Part shown: in pieces, positions 49,919-63,231 of the stretch
How the letters are laid out: each line of letters opens with the position of its first letter
Position numbering within the stretch: position 1 is the stretch's first letter
Assembly (NCBI GenBank): GCA_051294905.1
Contig: CM119372.1
Coordinates: forward strand, 31,312,001 to 31,376,000
DNA length: 64,000 nucleotides
Source of the DNA: Botryllus schlosseri
Lineage: Eukaryota
Direction: 5' to 3'
Notes under the pieces: generated by a model
Database searches by the model: none
What the model was told of the DNA's origin: nothing
What the model saw: the letters and a program-made list of their open reading frames with translations, nothing else
Translations under genes and position numbers: made by a program

Positions 49919-51658
49919 TAGGGCTCTTCAAAAATGACTTTTTCTCTCAAATCGTACTGGCTACTTGATCAAATTGTTAGGTTACCTAATTTAAGCCTAC
50001 ACACAAAATTTGGTTCAATTCCAGCGAGTAACCGCTATGCTACAGGAGAAGAAAGTTTCTATTTATTATATAAAAATAAATGATAAAAAATTTGAAAATT
50101 TTCAGTTCACCCCATGAAAGTGTTACGTTGTCTATAGAAACGATCCTCATTTTTTTTTTTTTTTTTTAATTTTTATGCGGCTCTCCGGAAGCCCAGACCA
50201 TCGCAGGCCCTCTCTACATCTGGTATAGGTGCCTGCTCCGGTCTGGGGGTTTTGAAGTTCTTCTTTGTATTTTTTATGTTCTTCTTTGTATTTTTTATAT
50301 TTTCTAACTAAGGAGGTTGAACAGTATTTAAATTAATGTAATGGTTTCTTGTTTTTCTCTTTTTCCTTTCTCTAGTTAGTTCTCAGTAGTTACTACCCTG
50401 ACGCATCTCAACGGGAGAAAGTTGGTTCTCCCGTGGCTTACTTTTTTGGGGGTTTTGGTCTCTATTTTCCTCCCCATTTTGGGCCCTCTTTTTTTTCCTC
50501 TTTGTTATTTTCCTACTCTATCGAGTTTTCTCTCTATATTTTTGACTATTTTTGATACGTGTTTGTTGTTTTCTTCGTTTTCTAGTCGTTTTTTGACTTT
50601 TCGTAGGATTTTCATCTCCAATCCTTCATTTTCTATTCCTTCATTTTCTATTTTTTTGTTATCAATATCGAGAGCAATCTTCAGGTTTATTATCGTCTTT
50701 TTCATAATCGATGCAATGATCCAGTTAATTTTTTTTTTCCGGTGTTATACATTATTGAGTCATTGTCTAGTTCGAGTCCTAGCGTTTTTTCGATTTTTTC
50801 TTTAATATCTGCAATATATTCACAATCAGTGAATATATGTTTTGCACAGTCGTTACTCGAATTACAAAATTTGCAGTTCAGGAGTAATTTCCTGCCATTT
50901 TTGTCCTCTGTTATATTCCGTCTTCTTTTTTTCTGTCCGAATATGTATCCGTCATGTGCCGCCCGATAATTAATGATCATTTCACTATTAGTTATCATAT
51001 TCTTCCCAAAACACTTGGTTCTGGTTATTTTTGTCCATTTTATTTTCTTTCCGTGTTGTGTTCGGAGTTCTATCTCATTTTCTTAGAGATTTTTTATTCC
51101 TTTATACAATTCTTTGTGGGAGCTCTCTCTCCACTCTTCCTCTTTCCATCCGATTTTTTTGCCAATTCTATGCTATCCACCCAACTTTTTGGTGTAGGAT
51201 ATTTGTGTCTTTCGTTATCATTATAGAGGTTGGGTCGGATGGCTTTTTATTTTTAAGCGGAGTTATTGCCGTCGAAAAATTTCAATTTGAATAAAATAGT
51301 ATTTACGGTGAGCACAAGTATAATAAATAGACAAAGAATCGGTCACCGTAAATACTATTTTATTCAAATTCAAATTTTTCGACGGCAATAACTCCGCTTC
51401 CACTGGTTGGAATTGAACCAAATTTGGTGAGCATCGTTTCTATAGACAGCCTAACACTTTCATGGGGTGAACAGAAAAATTTCAAATTTTTTATTATTTA
51501 TTTTTATACAATAAATAGAAACTTTCTTCTCATGTAGCAAAGCGGTTACTGGCTGGAATTGAACCAAATTTTGTGTGTAGGCTTAAATTAGGTAACCTAA
51601 CGATTTTATCAAGTAGCCAGTACGATTTGAGAAAAAAAGTCATTTTTGAAGAGCCCTA
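49919..51658. mobile_element. Near-fully palindromic hAT-type MITE interrupted by a LINE
   Basis: TAGGGCTCTTC TIR with ~230-bp arms; perfect TSD CTGTACAG; central inverted repeat 51255-51399. Confidence 0.85.
50150..51254 (-). mobile_element. 5'-truncated, dead L1/Tx1-type LINE 3' end
   Basis: Poly(A) tail (T run 50150-50167); CKFC-x7-HIFTDC zinc-finger-like region; in-frame stop upstream and frameshift near 50725. Confidence 0.75.
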
Positions 51659-52491
51659 CTGTACAGTCATGCCCTGGTCGCGCGAAGCACAAAATTTTTT
51701 CAAGGTAATGAATGAATTCGATCAATAAATAAATTACTTGCATATATTGGGGGTCGCCTCTGTATAGCAATGGGCTCAATTAGCAACGACAGATTTATTT
51801 GGCGTTTTAGACATAGCAATATTGACGATTTCGGTTAACATGACTCTGTCATCTTGTGCAAATGTTTCATCGCCAACGATCTCGCTTCGAGCGCACAAGC
51901 AAAATCGCATGTTGGACGACATGTTATCTCCTAATTGCGAGTATAGTTGGACTCAAGTCCGTAAATTACGCGTATTTATAATTTCCAGGAGGGTTTCCAA
52001 TATTAAATGCAAGAATTGTGACAATTAATCACGCGAAGTGCTAAGGAAAATTTCAAGTGATACAAATCTCCTACGGATTGTTCTACTTTTTGGTCATACG
52101 AAGGTTTGCGTTGAATGTGACTAGCCCCTGGTTACGCCAATGCGCCGAAACTGATGTTTTAGTCATCAAATTTCGCGGTCAGGCTATTCAAATTTTGATT
52201 GGCCTTGCAATATACCTGATGATATATCTAATTTCGAGAATTACCTCGCAGGCCGCACAAAACCTTCTCGCGGGCCACATTTGGCCAGTAGGGCACGGTC
52301 TGGCCGCCCTTGATCTGTATCGTTATTATAATAACGGTGATTGATGGTACGAAAAAAAATCCTATTATGGGTAGCCTATTATTAGTAATTTAAAGATATA
52401 TTTAAAAGCAATTGTTTTCATGATGAAGAAGTTGGAGTCGGAGTCGAAGTCAGAGTCATTTTCACAAACTCCGACTCCAGTCAGTATTTTT

Positions 52492-52757
52492 CAGAGGTGG
52501 TCAGTAACGAAGTACTTCTACTTTTTGAAGTACTTGAAGTAGATTTTGCCTACTCACACTACTTTTTAAGTAGTTATGATTCTAGACTACTTCTACTTCT
52601 ACTTGACAGTTTTCAGTTTTGTAGGCAAAAATAAGCGTAGAATACCTACTTACTTACTTACTTGTGAACCAACACTCCTACTTCTACTTGAGTAGAAATT
52701 CCGGCGTTACTTCTACTTCTACTTGAGTAGCGACAGTGACTACTTTGACCACCTCTG
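52492..52757. mobile_element. Short copy of the CAGAGGTGGTCA family
   Basis: Perfect TSD GTATTTTT. Confidence 0.85.
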
Positions 52758-53071
52758 GTATTTTTCCACTCCTCTCCGACTCCAGTCACTACTGTTTCCA
52801 CGACTCCGACTCCATCAAGCGAAAGTTAGCCAGACTCCAATTCCGACTCCCCCGACTGCGACTCCACAGCCCTAGTGGACACACGTGTGTTGTGCTTGTT
52901 TTTGCAATCAGACACCCACCATGGCCTAGGCCCTAGGGTATAAGTACAGATGAGGCATGCACACTGAATGAAAAGTAAAGCAGAGATGTTAAAGGCAAAC
53001 GACAAAATGAGGTGGCATGTGGCGAAAGACGAGATCGATATGTTAGGTCGTGGTCCGGTAATCCCGTAGGC

Positions 53072-53881
53072 CAGGGGCGGCCAACCCGTGGCCCGCGACA
53101 TAATTCTCGAAATTAGTTATAACACAAAAGATTTATTAGCCTGGTAATTTATTGTGAACTGGCAAGGCCAACTAAAAAAAATGATTAGCCTGACCACGGA
53201 ATGTATGATGCTGATGACTAAAATATCAGTTCCGACGCATGGGCGCAGCTAGGGACCAGCCACATTTTCCTTAGAACTTCGTAAATGACCAAACAGTATA
53301 ATATTTCGTGGCTGATTTCTTTGACTTGATATTTTTCCTGGAACTTCTCGCGATTTATTACCACTCGATTTCTTTGTTTTATTATTGGTATCCCTCTGAA
53401 GATTAAAATTAAAAAATAGGCCCAATTTACAGAATTTAGTCTGACTATATTCGAAATTATGAGAGAACGTATCGTCCAACATGTTTTAGTCTGCAATGGC
53501 AGAAAGATCGTTGACGATGAAACCTTTGCGTATTTGCCGAAGCCCGAAGTGTTCGATCTCAATATGCCCAAGAACCGATTATAATCAGGTCCTTGCTAAA
53601 TGAGCCTAGCGGTATATAGATTCGACCCGCAATATATGCAAGTGACTTTAATATTGACCGAATAGCCTACGTTCATAAACTTTTAGAAATTTTCGCAGCG
53701 GTCGCGACCTGAGTGCACTGCACACTGACTTTTCATGACACAATTGTAATCGATTTTGGCGCGTAGTAATATGAGTATTGTTTTCGCCGTTACCTCACAA
53801 ATGGTTATTAACATCGAGTGGACCGCGCAATGATTCGTAAATCTCATGTGGCCCTTAGGCTGAAAAGGTTGGCCGCCCCTG
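53072..53881 (-). mobile_element. hAT-type element, inverted relative of 49717-52312
   Basis: CAGGGGCGGCCAAC TIR at both ends; internal homology to 49717-52312. Confidence 0.75.
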
Positions 53882-54514
53882 ATCTAACACGTCGATTCTC
53901 AAGCTCGACCCCTTTGCTACGCCCCTACATTTATCGTACACTCCGCTGGTTATAAGATTGTCGCAGGAATTACCAATTCAAAATGTCTCGGCCATCGCGG
54001 AGGTTTCCTCCAGAATCATAATAGCCAGATATCGCAAGCTGAACACATGCTAACCGTGTTCTACTACAAAAGGAACCAGTAGGTCCATTACCAACGGTTA
54101 AATCACGAGGAGAAACATTTGCTCATGACATCACAAAAGGAATTACCAAGCTGCATACAGTTGCACTGAACATTGTACGATATTGCACATTACCTGTTCT
54201 GAAGCATGAAACTTGCCTATTGTTGTGATAGCTAGTCATCGGTCCATTGTAATGCGGATCCGGTACACCCCATCCAAGTGATAAGCCGTATAAAAATTAT
54301 GGCATACCCTGCGGTGTAAGATACATCCGGTTGAAGAGCCCTGATCTAACCGAAATTCGAGCACAGCTTCCTTTTTGCTCTTAGGGATGGCGCGAACGTG
54401 AGGTTCACGTTCGCGTTCACAAACGAACCTTGATAGTGTAGAAGGCACGCTGTTGTCTGATATCCTGCTGCTGTAGTTGTAGGCATAGTTCCACATAAGC
54501 TGTGGTTAGGTAAG

Positions 54515-54552
54515 CAACCCCTGACGAGTTTCAACAGAAAATATTCGGGTTG
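54515..54552 (+). ncRNA. Minimal type I hammerhead motif (copy 2)
   Basis: CAACCC-CTGACGA-GTTTCAACA-GAAA-ATAT-TC-GGGTTG; 6-bp stem I. Confidence 0.6.
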
Positions 54553-55029
54553 ATATGAATATGATACTATTCAATTGTATAATGAAGTTCTGTACCTCCA
54601 TGAAGCTATTATATTCCAAATATTCAAAATGTATTTTTTTGGCATTTTCAAATTTTTATTATTTGGTAGTTTTGAAATCAGGTTTCTGGGCATGTTGGAA
54701 TTTCTTGAGATGATAGATGTTTCCCTCTGATAAGGCCACTATCTCCAAATCTGCCTTTTACAAATCGGAATCCAAGCTCAAGTCCGGAATTCCCGAGTTT
54801 GGGGCAGGTTGCCGATGAGAAAAAGCCAAATCCGGGCAGCTCCGAAGCCTATTATTTGTTATGCAATAGGGATATAGCATCCAATGGAACAGACCTGACT
54901 CCCCACAGCAAGCGATCAATCATGACAAGCATTTGATGTAATCGAAAATTCACACACGATTTCATTAGGTAAAAAGGATTTCACGAGTGATTAGGAACTG
55001 GTAAAATAGATAATAATCTCGTAACACTA

Positions 55030-58000
55030 TTACTCAAGGTCAGGGTCGCTGAAATCGAGACCCAACAGGTTGAGAAGTTCAAAGTAAGAGAATTCGAACG
55101 CCCACGTCATGTTCTGGGTGTGGTCCATTTCGTTGGCCTGGATTTTGAGGTTTCGGATAAACTTCATTTTCTCGGCGTAGGCCGCTTTCTCCCTGTAACA
55201 TTAGTGGTCGTTATAATTTGTTGAGAATTATCACTACTCCACAAAACTCAAAATAGCACAATTGGCTGCTTCCAGTGCGCCGACTTCGGGGATAATGAAA
55301 TTTGTTGTTGTTTGCGGTATGCATGGTGTTTGTCGACTACTATGGTCATTTACACCAGGTGAATTTTCCTCATCTCCGCAGCGGCCGACTTCTAGGCTTT
55401 TATAAGACACCGCTTACACAATTGATATGGCGAGGAGGAGCCTAGATAAACCTCCATCACTTAGGTATGTATTCTGGAGTCGACCTCGGTCAGACTCGAA
55501 CCTGCAACCCATTGGTGTTGAAGCAATGGATTATACCAGTGATTCTCAACCGGGGGTCCGCGAAGCATTTTCAGGGGGTCTGCGAAACCTCTAAATTTGT
55601 AAGGTGATTGGTAACCTAATTTTTAGTTTTTTTAATTAGGAAAAGCATGAGACAGTTTCGCTTCATAATTGCTAAAACTTTACGACTCACTTCATTAAAA
55701 CGGTCGTCTGAGATGAACTAGCCGACTGTGCAAACTCATTTCAATTGTCAAATTACCAATAGTCTGCCGACGCAAACATATTGATGCTTATAAATGTATT
55801 GTTGGGGTTTGAGGAAAAATGAAATGTTTGAGATAGCATTTTTGATTTGGACTTGTCAGTCTCAGCAAATTAGTGAGCAGTCGTTTGAAATAAAAATTCC
55901 GGAATTTTTTTTTCGTAATCTGTCGCAATGAAGGAATTGAAACCTCTCCACGATATCCACTTTCTCGTATGATATAACCACTGAATAACTTCAAGATCAG
56001 ATGCTATATAGAAATGACTAGGCTGGACGTGATATGTTCATTAAAACATACACCAAAAGCTGTCTTTGGAAGCGTTACGCGTTAACATTACATTCACCAC
56101 CAATATCTCTTTGTGTAAATGGATTTTTGGCACTCGTTCATACGCAATCGAAGACATGGTATTTCAAGACAATTAATACAGCTGCAAACTTCTTTTCGAA
56201 ATAATAAAAGTGTATCCAATTTCTACATATAATGTGCTGCTATTTTCGAGAAAAGTCATTTTGTGGCTGTTTATCACAAGCCTACAATCAATATTTAGAC
56301 GACACAGATGGCAGTTGCACGATAATTGAGCTAATTCTGAACCAAAACTTGAGGGGGTCCGTGGCGGTCCAAAAGGGGTCTGCGAAGACAAAAAGGTTGA
56401 GAACCACTGGATTATACCAATAAGCTATCTCGCCACCACGGATAATGAGTATCTTTGTGTATCAAATTTTACTAATACCGGCTCCACCTCCAAAATGGGT
56501 ATTAATGCAATTTTGTGAATATCTAAACGACAGGTAATCGGAAATTTCCTGTCCATATACTCAGAATCTTCAAGGGTTTGCGGTGTGATAAAAATTAAGA
56601 GTATCTTCCGTGCACACTCTCTATGAAAAGCAAAATATTCCATCCCGTACCGATTCCTCCAATGCAGTTTTACCAATGTATCTTGGAAACCTTTCCTAGC
56701 TTTCAAATAATACCTGTTCTAACTAGTCATAGGCTATTTCAAAACACTTGCAGCATTATCGAAAATAGACCATGAACGCTATTTCACGTCAGAAAGCGTT
56801 CTAAATCAGTTTGAAGTTTTGCGTTTTACTTCTCCGATTGATCGACAATCCTTCAACCTCTCACATTTTGCAATTGAAATAAATTTGTCAGACAGGCCGT
56901 AAAGTTGATGTGAACTGGCAGTTGAGAATCACTGTGCTAGAAGATCCAACTTACTTTGCCATTATGAAGGCTTGGCGTCGGGCTTCTTCCATCATGATTC
57001 TCGCTTTTTCTTCCTCCTCCAGCCTCCGTTGCTCTTCTCGTCGTTTCTGCTCCTCCAGCTCTTCCTGCTTCCTTCTCTGGTACTCTAGCACTTCCTCTTC
57101 TGCCATTTGCGCCAACATCTCTTTCTCCTGGGAATTTTGGTTCGAGTTGAGATGAAAAATTGAAATAAACCAGAATATTTTCTCAAGACACTCTTCAGGG
57201 GTAATTGATAGCAACTGATAAAGATTTCAAGGGAACTTTGTGTATCAAACGTGACGATTACGACCTACTTCCAGTTGAAAAGCATCATATTTTGCCATGA
57301 ATTAGCAAACTGTATTACAGGCCTTGGAATAAAATTTGCATTGGCACCGTCTCCAGTCATACAGTTTTTGAAACAAAATTTATTAAACTTTGGATTCAGT
57401 GCATATGATGTTGAAAGGTGACACTTTAGCACGTTGTCTTTTAGCCCGGGGTTCGTTTCTCTTTCTCCAGGGTGTCAGCCGATATTATGAAGGAATTACG
57501 TCTTACACAGCACGGCGGTTTAGTTAAGTTAAGTAGGCGTACAGTTTGTCACTCAACGGACGATGTTCAGTCAGGAGGATTTGTGTCTGAAGCTTGTTGA
57601 CAAATCGGGCCTAGTGTATTTCTCTATAGGACAGAGATAGATCATGTCCTTATCTTATATATAAAATATGACCATCACCATCACATAATTCCTTCATAAT
57701 ATTGGCTGCAACGTTCTAAAGTCCGTTCTACGCGCGACTGCCTAACCGCGTCGTGCAAGTACGACAGTAAAGATATTGTGCCAGAAATTCCGCAGCGGGC
57801 TAAGCAACGATGACGCGCAGCCTTGGCGGCTGGAGAGGAACGACCCGTATCCGAAAGTCATTTAATTGCAGCTCCATTATGGTGGCTTTCTGCAGAAAAT
57901 GGCTGCTGGGAAAATTCTTTTGATCTGTGCTTCAATTTGAAACCACATCATTTTTAGAGCACAGTGCCCCTTTAATTAATAATTATATAACCCACTCAAA

Positions 58001-61000
58001 TTTTTTAAACTCTAATCCAGTGGTTCTCAACCTTTTTTTTAGACACGCCCCTTTTATGATAGTGAAAAATTTCGCGCCCCCCTTATCGTCATATCACAAA
58101 ATCCAACCGGGATGCTAGCAACCCCAACAGATTGTTTGAAGGAGGCATGGGAGGTTATGATTGTTGATGAGAGAATTCAAAAATATGAAATTCGGTCTAT
58201 ATATAGAGAAACACGCTTGAATTGAAGGTAAATTACGCCGAGACCGCTTCTTCGCGCCCCCCTAGAGATGCTTTCACGCCCCCCCCAAGGGGGGCGCGCC
58301 CCAAGGTTGAGAACCACTGCTCTAATCGCTTCGCTTTTATACGTTGGAATTGAGCGCTTTTTACCTAACCAAACACTTATGTCGAATACTAGTGAAATTT
58401 GAAGAAAAACGGTATTTTTGAACAACTTTAGTCCCCACGCTATTGTAGTGTCACACTCTATTCTAATGCATTCATGTTATACCAATGGACAGTTTGAAAC
58501 TGCAATCGGTACGAAATAGTTGCCATATCACTGCGATCAACAGGAATACTATTTCATCTCACTCTCTCCAAGGCTTCCTGCTCTTCTAGTGCTTTTAGTC
58601 GTGCTTCTTCCGCTTTACGAAGCTCTTCCTCCCGTTTTTTCTTTTGGATCTCTTCCAATTTTCTCTTATGTTCTTCCTAAAAATATAATCAACACGCTCT
58701 GTGATATGTGTTTGATATGTTATCATTCTATGTGCCCGAGGCCGACTGGTATCTGGCTCGTGGCCTGGAGGGCTGGGGACAACGTTTCAAGTTTTGAATG
58801 TAATAATTTGAGTCCATTGTTAAGAGTCACCAAAATTATACACCCATTCCTACATGGAAATGAGTTTATTGGATGGTATTGCCTTTGAAATTTCGATTGG
58901 ATTCATAGTAGCATCCAAAACATGTAGCATAAGGCTATGAATGTTTGTTTTTTTAATAGCGATGAATCCAAAGTAGTAAAACATAGTTAGTTATGGTCCA
59001 CAAATAAAAAAACATTTATTTTTCCAAGTAAAACTGGCATCATTTTCTTTAGGAGGATGTTACATATTTTTTCCTCGATGTTTTTACGGCATATACACCG
59101 ATTCATGATATACATACACACGATATGAGCATATGCATACCATGATGTACCTATGTCGCTGGACAAAGGAGGTGTAGATATTGCCTTGTAAGTCTTGCAC
59201 CACCCCTCCATGTTATCTCAGAAATGCCGAGTGCCAAATGCGGCAGCCACAGATACCAGTTTTTTTTCTAATCAGGTCTTTGGTCTGACCCGGTCAGAAA
59301 TTGAGCCCACGACCTACTGATCAAGAAGCCTGAGGCTCCACCATTACGCTATCTTGTTGGTTGAGATCGCATAAAAGGTACGGTACATATTTGAAGCTTG
59401 CAATGTGGTCTTAGCGCGTGATAGGCCTACCCAAAGGTTAACACTAACTTGGGATCGACTCTGCCAGTCTGCATTTTGCGTTTCTAATCATATCAACACT
59501 GATGTACCGCAAACTTGTCAATATTCCTTGCTCGAAGCATCGGAAATTTGTACTACTATAAAATGTGGATTTTCCCGCTCCATTGCAATGAAACATTCTG
59601 CGACGATAATTCCCAGAAACCAAAACATTGCATCGTTCAAATCATGTAATGTAGTGATTTATCAAGAACATTGCAGTATACTTCGTGAAAATGCAGAAAA
59701 GATGTGTTTCCCGAACTACAAGTATGTCTTTTGGTGAGAAAACACTAGCTTCCCAATCAGCTCGATTGTTATCGCAAATAAGTGAAGCTTCCGCGAGATA
59801 CATTTCTCAAACTATCTCCGCCGATTAGAAGTTCCAGTTGAAACACGTCACATTGTGATCTCGGTTGAAAATATCTACTTTTATCGGCAAAAATACATCA
59901 TATCAGCGATGTTTGTATTGGATCAAGAGTCCGATATCACTCGACTATATTCAAAGCTATTAATTGGCTTCCAAAGACACCCACCTGCATTCTTTTCTCT
60001 CTTTCTCGCTGCTGCTCTTCTCTCTTTTTCCTCGCCTCTTCTTCTTCCAGCTCTCTCAAACGGGCTTGCTCGGCTTCCGCTTTCCTTCTTTTCATCTCCT
60101 CCAGTCGCCTTCGCTGTTCTTTCTCCAGCTCTTCCCTGTTTGATGAAATGTGAACAGAAAAGTGAAGTAACAGTTGGCATATAGGATATCATTGACATAT
60201 CCTAACAGAAGTGATCAGAAACAAAGTAATACGAGCAGTCAAGATTGGTTTTGCCTGTTTCAGGGTGGCCAACCGTTTCGGCTAAAGGGCCAGATGAGCA
60301 TTATGAACCATCGCGGGAGCCACTTGAATGCTGATGAGCTTTTTTAGTCGTCCGATAGGAGTGAACCGGATTAGGTAACTGTGAAAACAGGACTTATCAC
60401 TACGCATCAAAATCGATAACATTTATGCCACGAAGACTCCTAGCCTCGCAACGCGAGAAAATTTTTCGAAGTTAATGGATGAATTCGCTCAATAATACTG
60501 CCACTTGCATATATTGCGGGTCGCCTCTGTATACCGCAAGGCTCATTTGGCAAGGAAGGATTATTCGGCGCTTGGACATATCAAGCTTTGATTAGCCTTA
60601 CAAGTTAAAAATAAATTACCTGGGTAATTAATTTTTATTTAATATAACCAATTTCGAGAGTGATCTCGCGGGCCACTTAAAACCTTCTCGCAGGCCACGG
60701 ATTGGCCGCCCCTGGCCTACTTGGACTACTCACACAAGTGGTTACATTTAACACTGTGAATCTTGGAAAGCATAAAACAATTTTTGGATAAATTTGTGTC
60801 ACTTTTACGAGTGTAATTGTCATAAGAACCACACGAAATAGGCCTGTATAACGCTCACTTTTGAGTAGAATATCAACACATTGCAGCATTACAGCCAGGC
60901 CTACAATGTTACAACTCCATCACCTCATAGCCTCCTGTTTCTCAAGCTCCTCTTTCTCTCTCCTGGCCTGCTCCTCTTTTTCCTTTCTCTTCCTCTCCAC

Positions 61001-63231
61001 CTCCAGCCGTCTCTTGTCTGCGGCCGCCGCCCTTTTTTCATCCTTCTCTCGTTTTTTAGCCAGTCTGGCTTCTTCCTCTTCGGCCGCTCTCAACAGCTCC
61101 TCCGAGTTATCGGTTTCTGCCGTCGCCTGTTGCGACAAGTAGACGAAATAAAGCACAAGCAGAGCAATCGCCGTATTCTAGGAAAGATTTTAATGCGAAT
61201 CACGCTACTACAGCGCCATGAAAACATTTCATTCACGAGAATTGACTTATCGGACTGTTTGAAGAAATCATGAGTACATGAGTGAATTCGCATTTTAGGG
61301 CAATTCTCTTGATTTAGCTCAATTGAAACCAGAGGAAGTTTACCTAGTCGTGAGAACGAGACAAAATGGGTAATTGGAGTGTTTACTCTGTTGTGAAAGC
61401 ATTTGCCTAGGAGAACGAGGGATATGATATTCTTTTTCGCCTGCACCATCGAGATGCTTTGACGACGGAGTTGCGATACGGCCGTAAGGTCATCTAGTCT
61501 GCGCCCCCATCTAGTCCACTTTGCACTGGACTACACTGTACCCCTCCAGCCAACTGACTATTATCATTTTTCCGCAACTGACTGAGTCATAATTGCAGGC
61601 CAGTAAAGTATACATATGATGACAGTAACGAAGTACGATTTAGTGTACTGAATTACGTTTGAGCTACAAGCACAGCCTACTGAAGGGGCTGTGTTTTTAA
61701 ACTATTTAAAGTTCTTGAACAGTTTTACAGGCAAAACTTACTCTACACACTTGAGATTTTCAAAAATGGGAAGATTTAGATCACTTTTCACCGGCTGGCA
61801 CCGGCGGGTTTTTCCGAAAAATTTTGCGTCACTTTTCAAAACTGTACAACACGACCTTAATGGAATGCAAAACCAACAAGTAATATATCGTTGGAGTCAG
61901 AATGTCAACACCTAACCAACTACGCTACGAAGCGAAATGAGACCAGATTAACCGAGCGTGTATATAATCGAGAAGACGACATAAAAATGTACATGTTTTG
62001 GTTACTTTCTTATAGAGTCCACAACGTATACCTAGTGCGAATAGGTAAGTGCTATTCACGGCGACAGAGATATCATCTTTCACACAAGGAATTAGCGACC
62101 GCTTTTGCTCAACTATTTCGATTGATGCTATAAATACATGGTAGAGCGTTTCACCATAAACACCCTATCAGAATGCGTCTCGTTTCGTGGCGTAGTTGGT
62201 TAGGCGTTGACATTCTGAATCCAACTAAATATTACTTATTAGTTTTGCAACCCATTCAGGTCGTGTTTTACACTTTAGAAAAGTGAAGCAAAATTTTTAC
62301 CCCCCTATCACTGTAACTGAATAATTGTTTGAAATTAACATCTATTTGCAGGGTCAATAATGATTTTGCAATGCTCTCAAATAAACATCTTGCATTTTCG
62401 AAAGTAGCCCCCCCATTGACCGATAAATGTATTCAAATCCTTAACCAAATCGACTTTGTAAAATAATTATTTGAGTACTTTTCAGCCGTTCGTTTTCTTC
62501 TTGCACTTCAAGTAGGCATAAACAGTCTTGGAAAATGCTACTTGTACTTGTAATTGATTAGAAACTTCTACTTAGTGTTGGTGGTAAAAAGATGAGTGAT
62601 CAAATATAATACACACGGCTATGAAATTGTATCAGATCCACACTAATACATTAAAAGTGCTTGCAAAGATCTGTGCCATGAATTAAATGCACCGGCTTAA
62701 AGACCAGCACTCAAACGACGAGTGCTTGAAAACAGTAAATCGTATTCACCTCAGTCGGAGCAGTTTTATCGGAAGCTAATGATTTCGCGTCATCCAGGTT
62801 TTGATTGATTTCCGGCTCCGGTATTGGTTCTTCCTCTGGCTCGCTAGGAACGGGAGTCTCTTCCACTCGGACAAACTGATAGTCATCTTCCGGCCTTAAA
62901 CCAAACAAATCAAATGATAGCGAAGAAAATTATTACCGTCATGTAAGTAACGAGTGGCCCAAATGCGACGTACAGCCGTCATTTAAGTAAATACTAATCG
63001 AATGTATTCCACATTTAATACTGCATCAAGTCATACACTGTGTTCTTTTTTTCGTTTTTATATACCACCATAACTAGTAAGCACGTGTGCACTTGTACAA
63101 TGTAGATACTTGTTTATAGGTAACTTACGTTTGGCTTGGAATGGAGGACAAACGATCATCTTCATCGTCAGACTTTACTTCAGGGGTAGGCGCTTTCGTC
63201 GGCAAAACCTCCGGTTCCGGTGTCTTCACTT
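55030..63231 (-). CDS. KIAA2012: KIAA2012-like protein, last 7 coding exons (5' part outside the window or not identified)
   Basis: Exons 63231-63129, 62894-62750, 61126-60924, 60135-59985, 58676-58563, 57127-56955, 55192-55030 join in phase; E/R/K helix with MAEEEVLEYQRRKQE and a C-terminal TQNMTWAFEFSYF, recalled as matching KIAA2012. Confidence 0.8.
55537..56409 (+). mobile_element. hAT-type element inserted into a SINE
   Basis: CAGTGATTCTCAAC / GTTGAGAACCACTG; perfect TSD GATTATAC. Confidence 0.85.
58018..58319. mobile_element. hAT-type MITE
   Basis: CAGTGGTTCTCAACC TIR; perfect TSD CTCTAATC; relatives at 24938 and 27659. Confidence 0.85.
61817..62298. repeat. Old inverted repeat (~125-bp arms), probable MITE
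   Basis: 61817-61943 is an imperfect reverse complement of 62176-62298. Confidence 0.6.

Larger units (their letters stand above)
49717..52312 (+). mobile_element. hAT-type element hosting a MITE and a LINE
   Basis: CAGGGGTGGCCAAC start and GGCCGCCCTTG end; relatives at 53072-53881 (-) and 60261-60714 (+). Confidence 0.7.

Noticed and set aside
56910..61273. Plus-strand Ser/Phe/Leu-rich ORFs
   Set aside because: Antisense shadows of the E/R/K-rich KIAA2012-like exons.
62180..62230. tRNA-like 5' half (TGGCGTAGTTGGTT...TTCTGAATCCA)
   Set aside because: No T-arm or B-box; it is part of an inverted-repeat arm.
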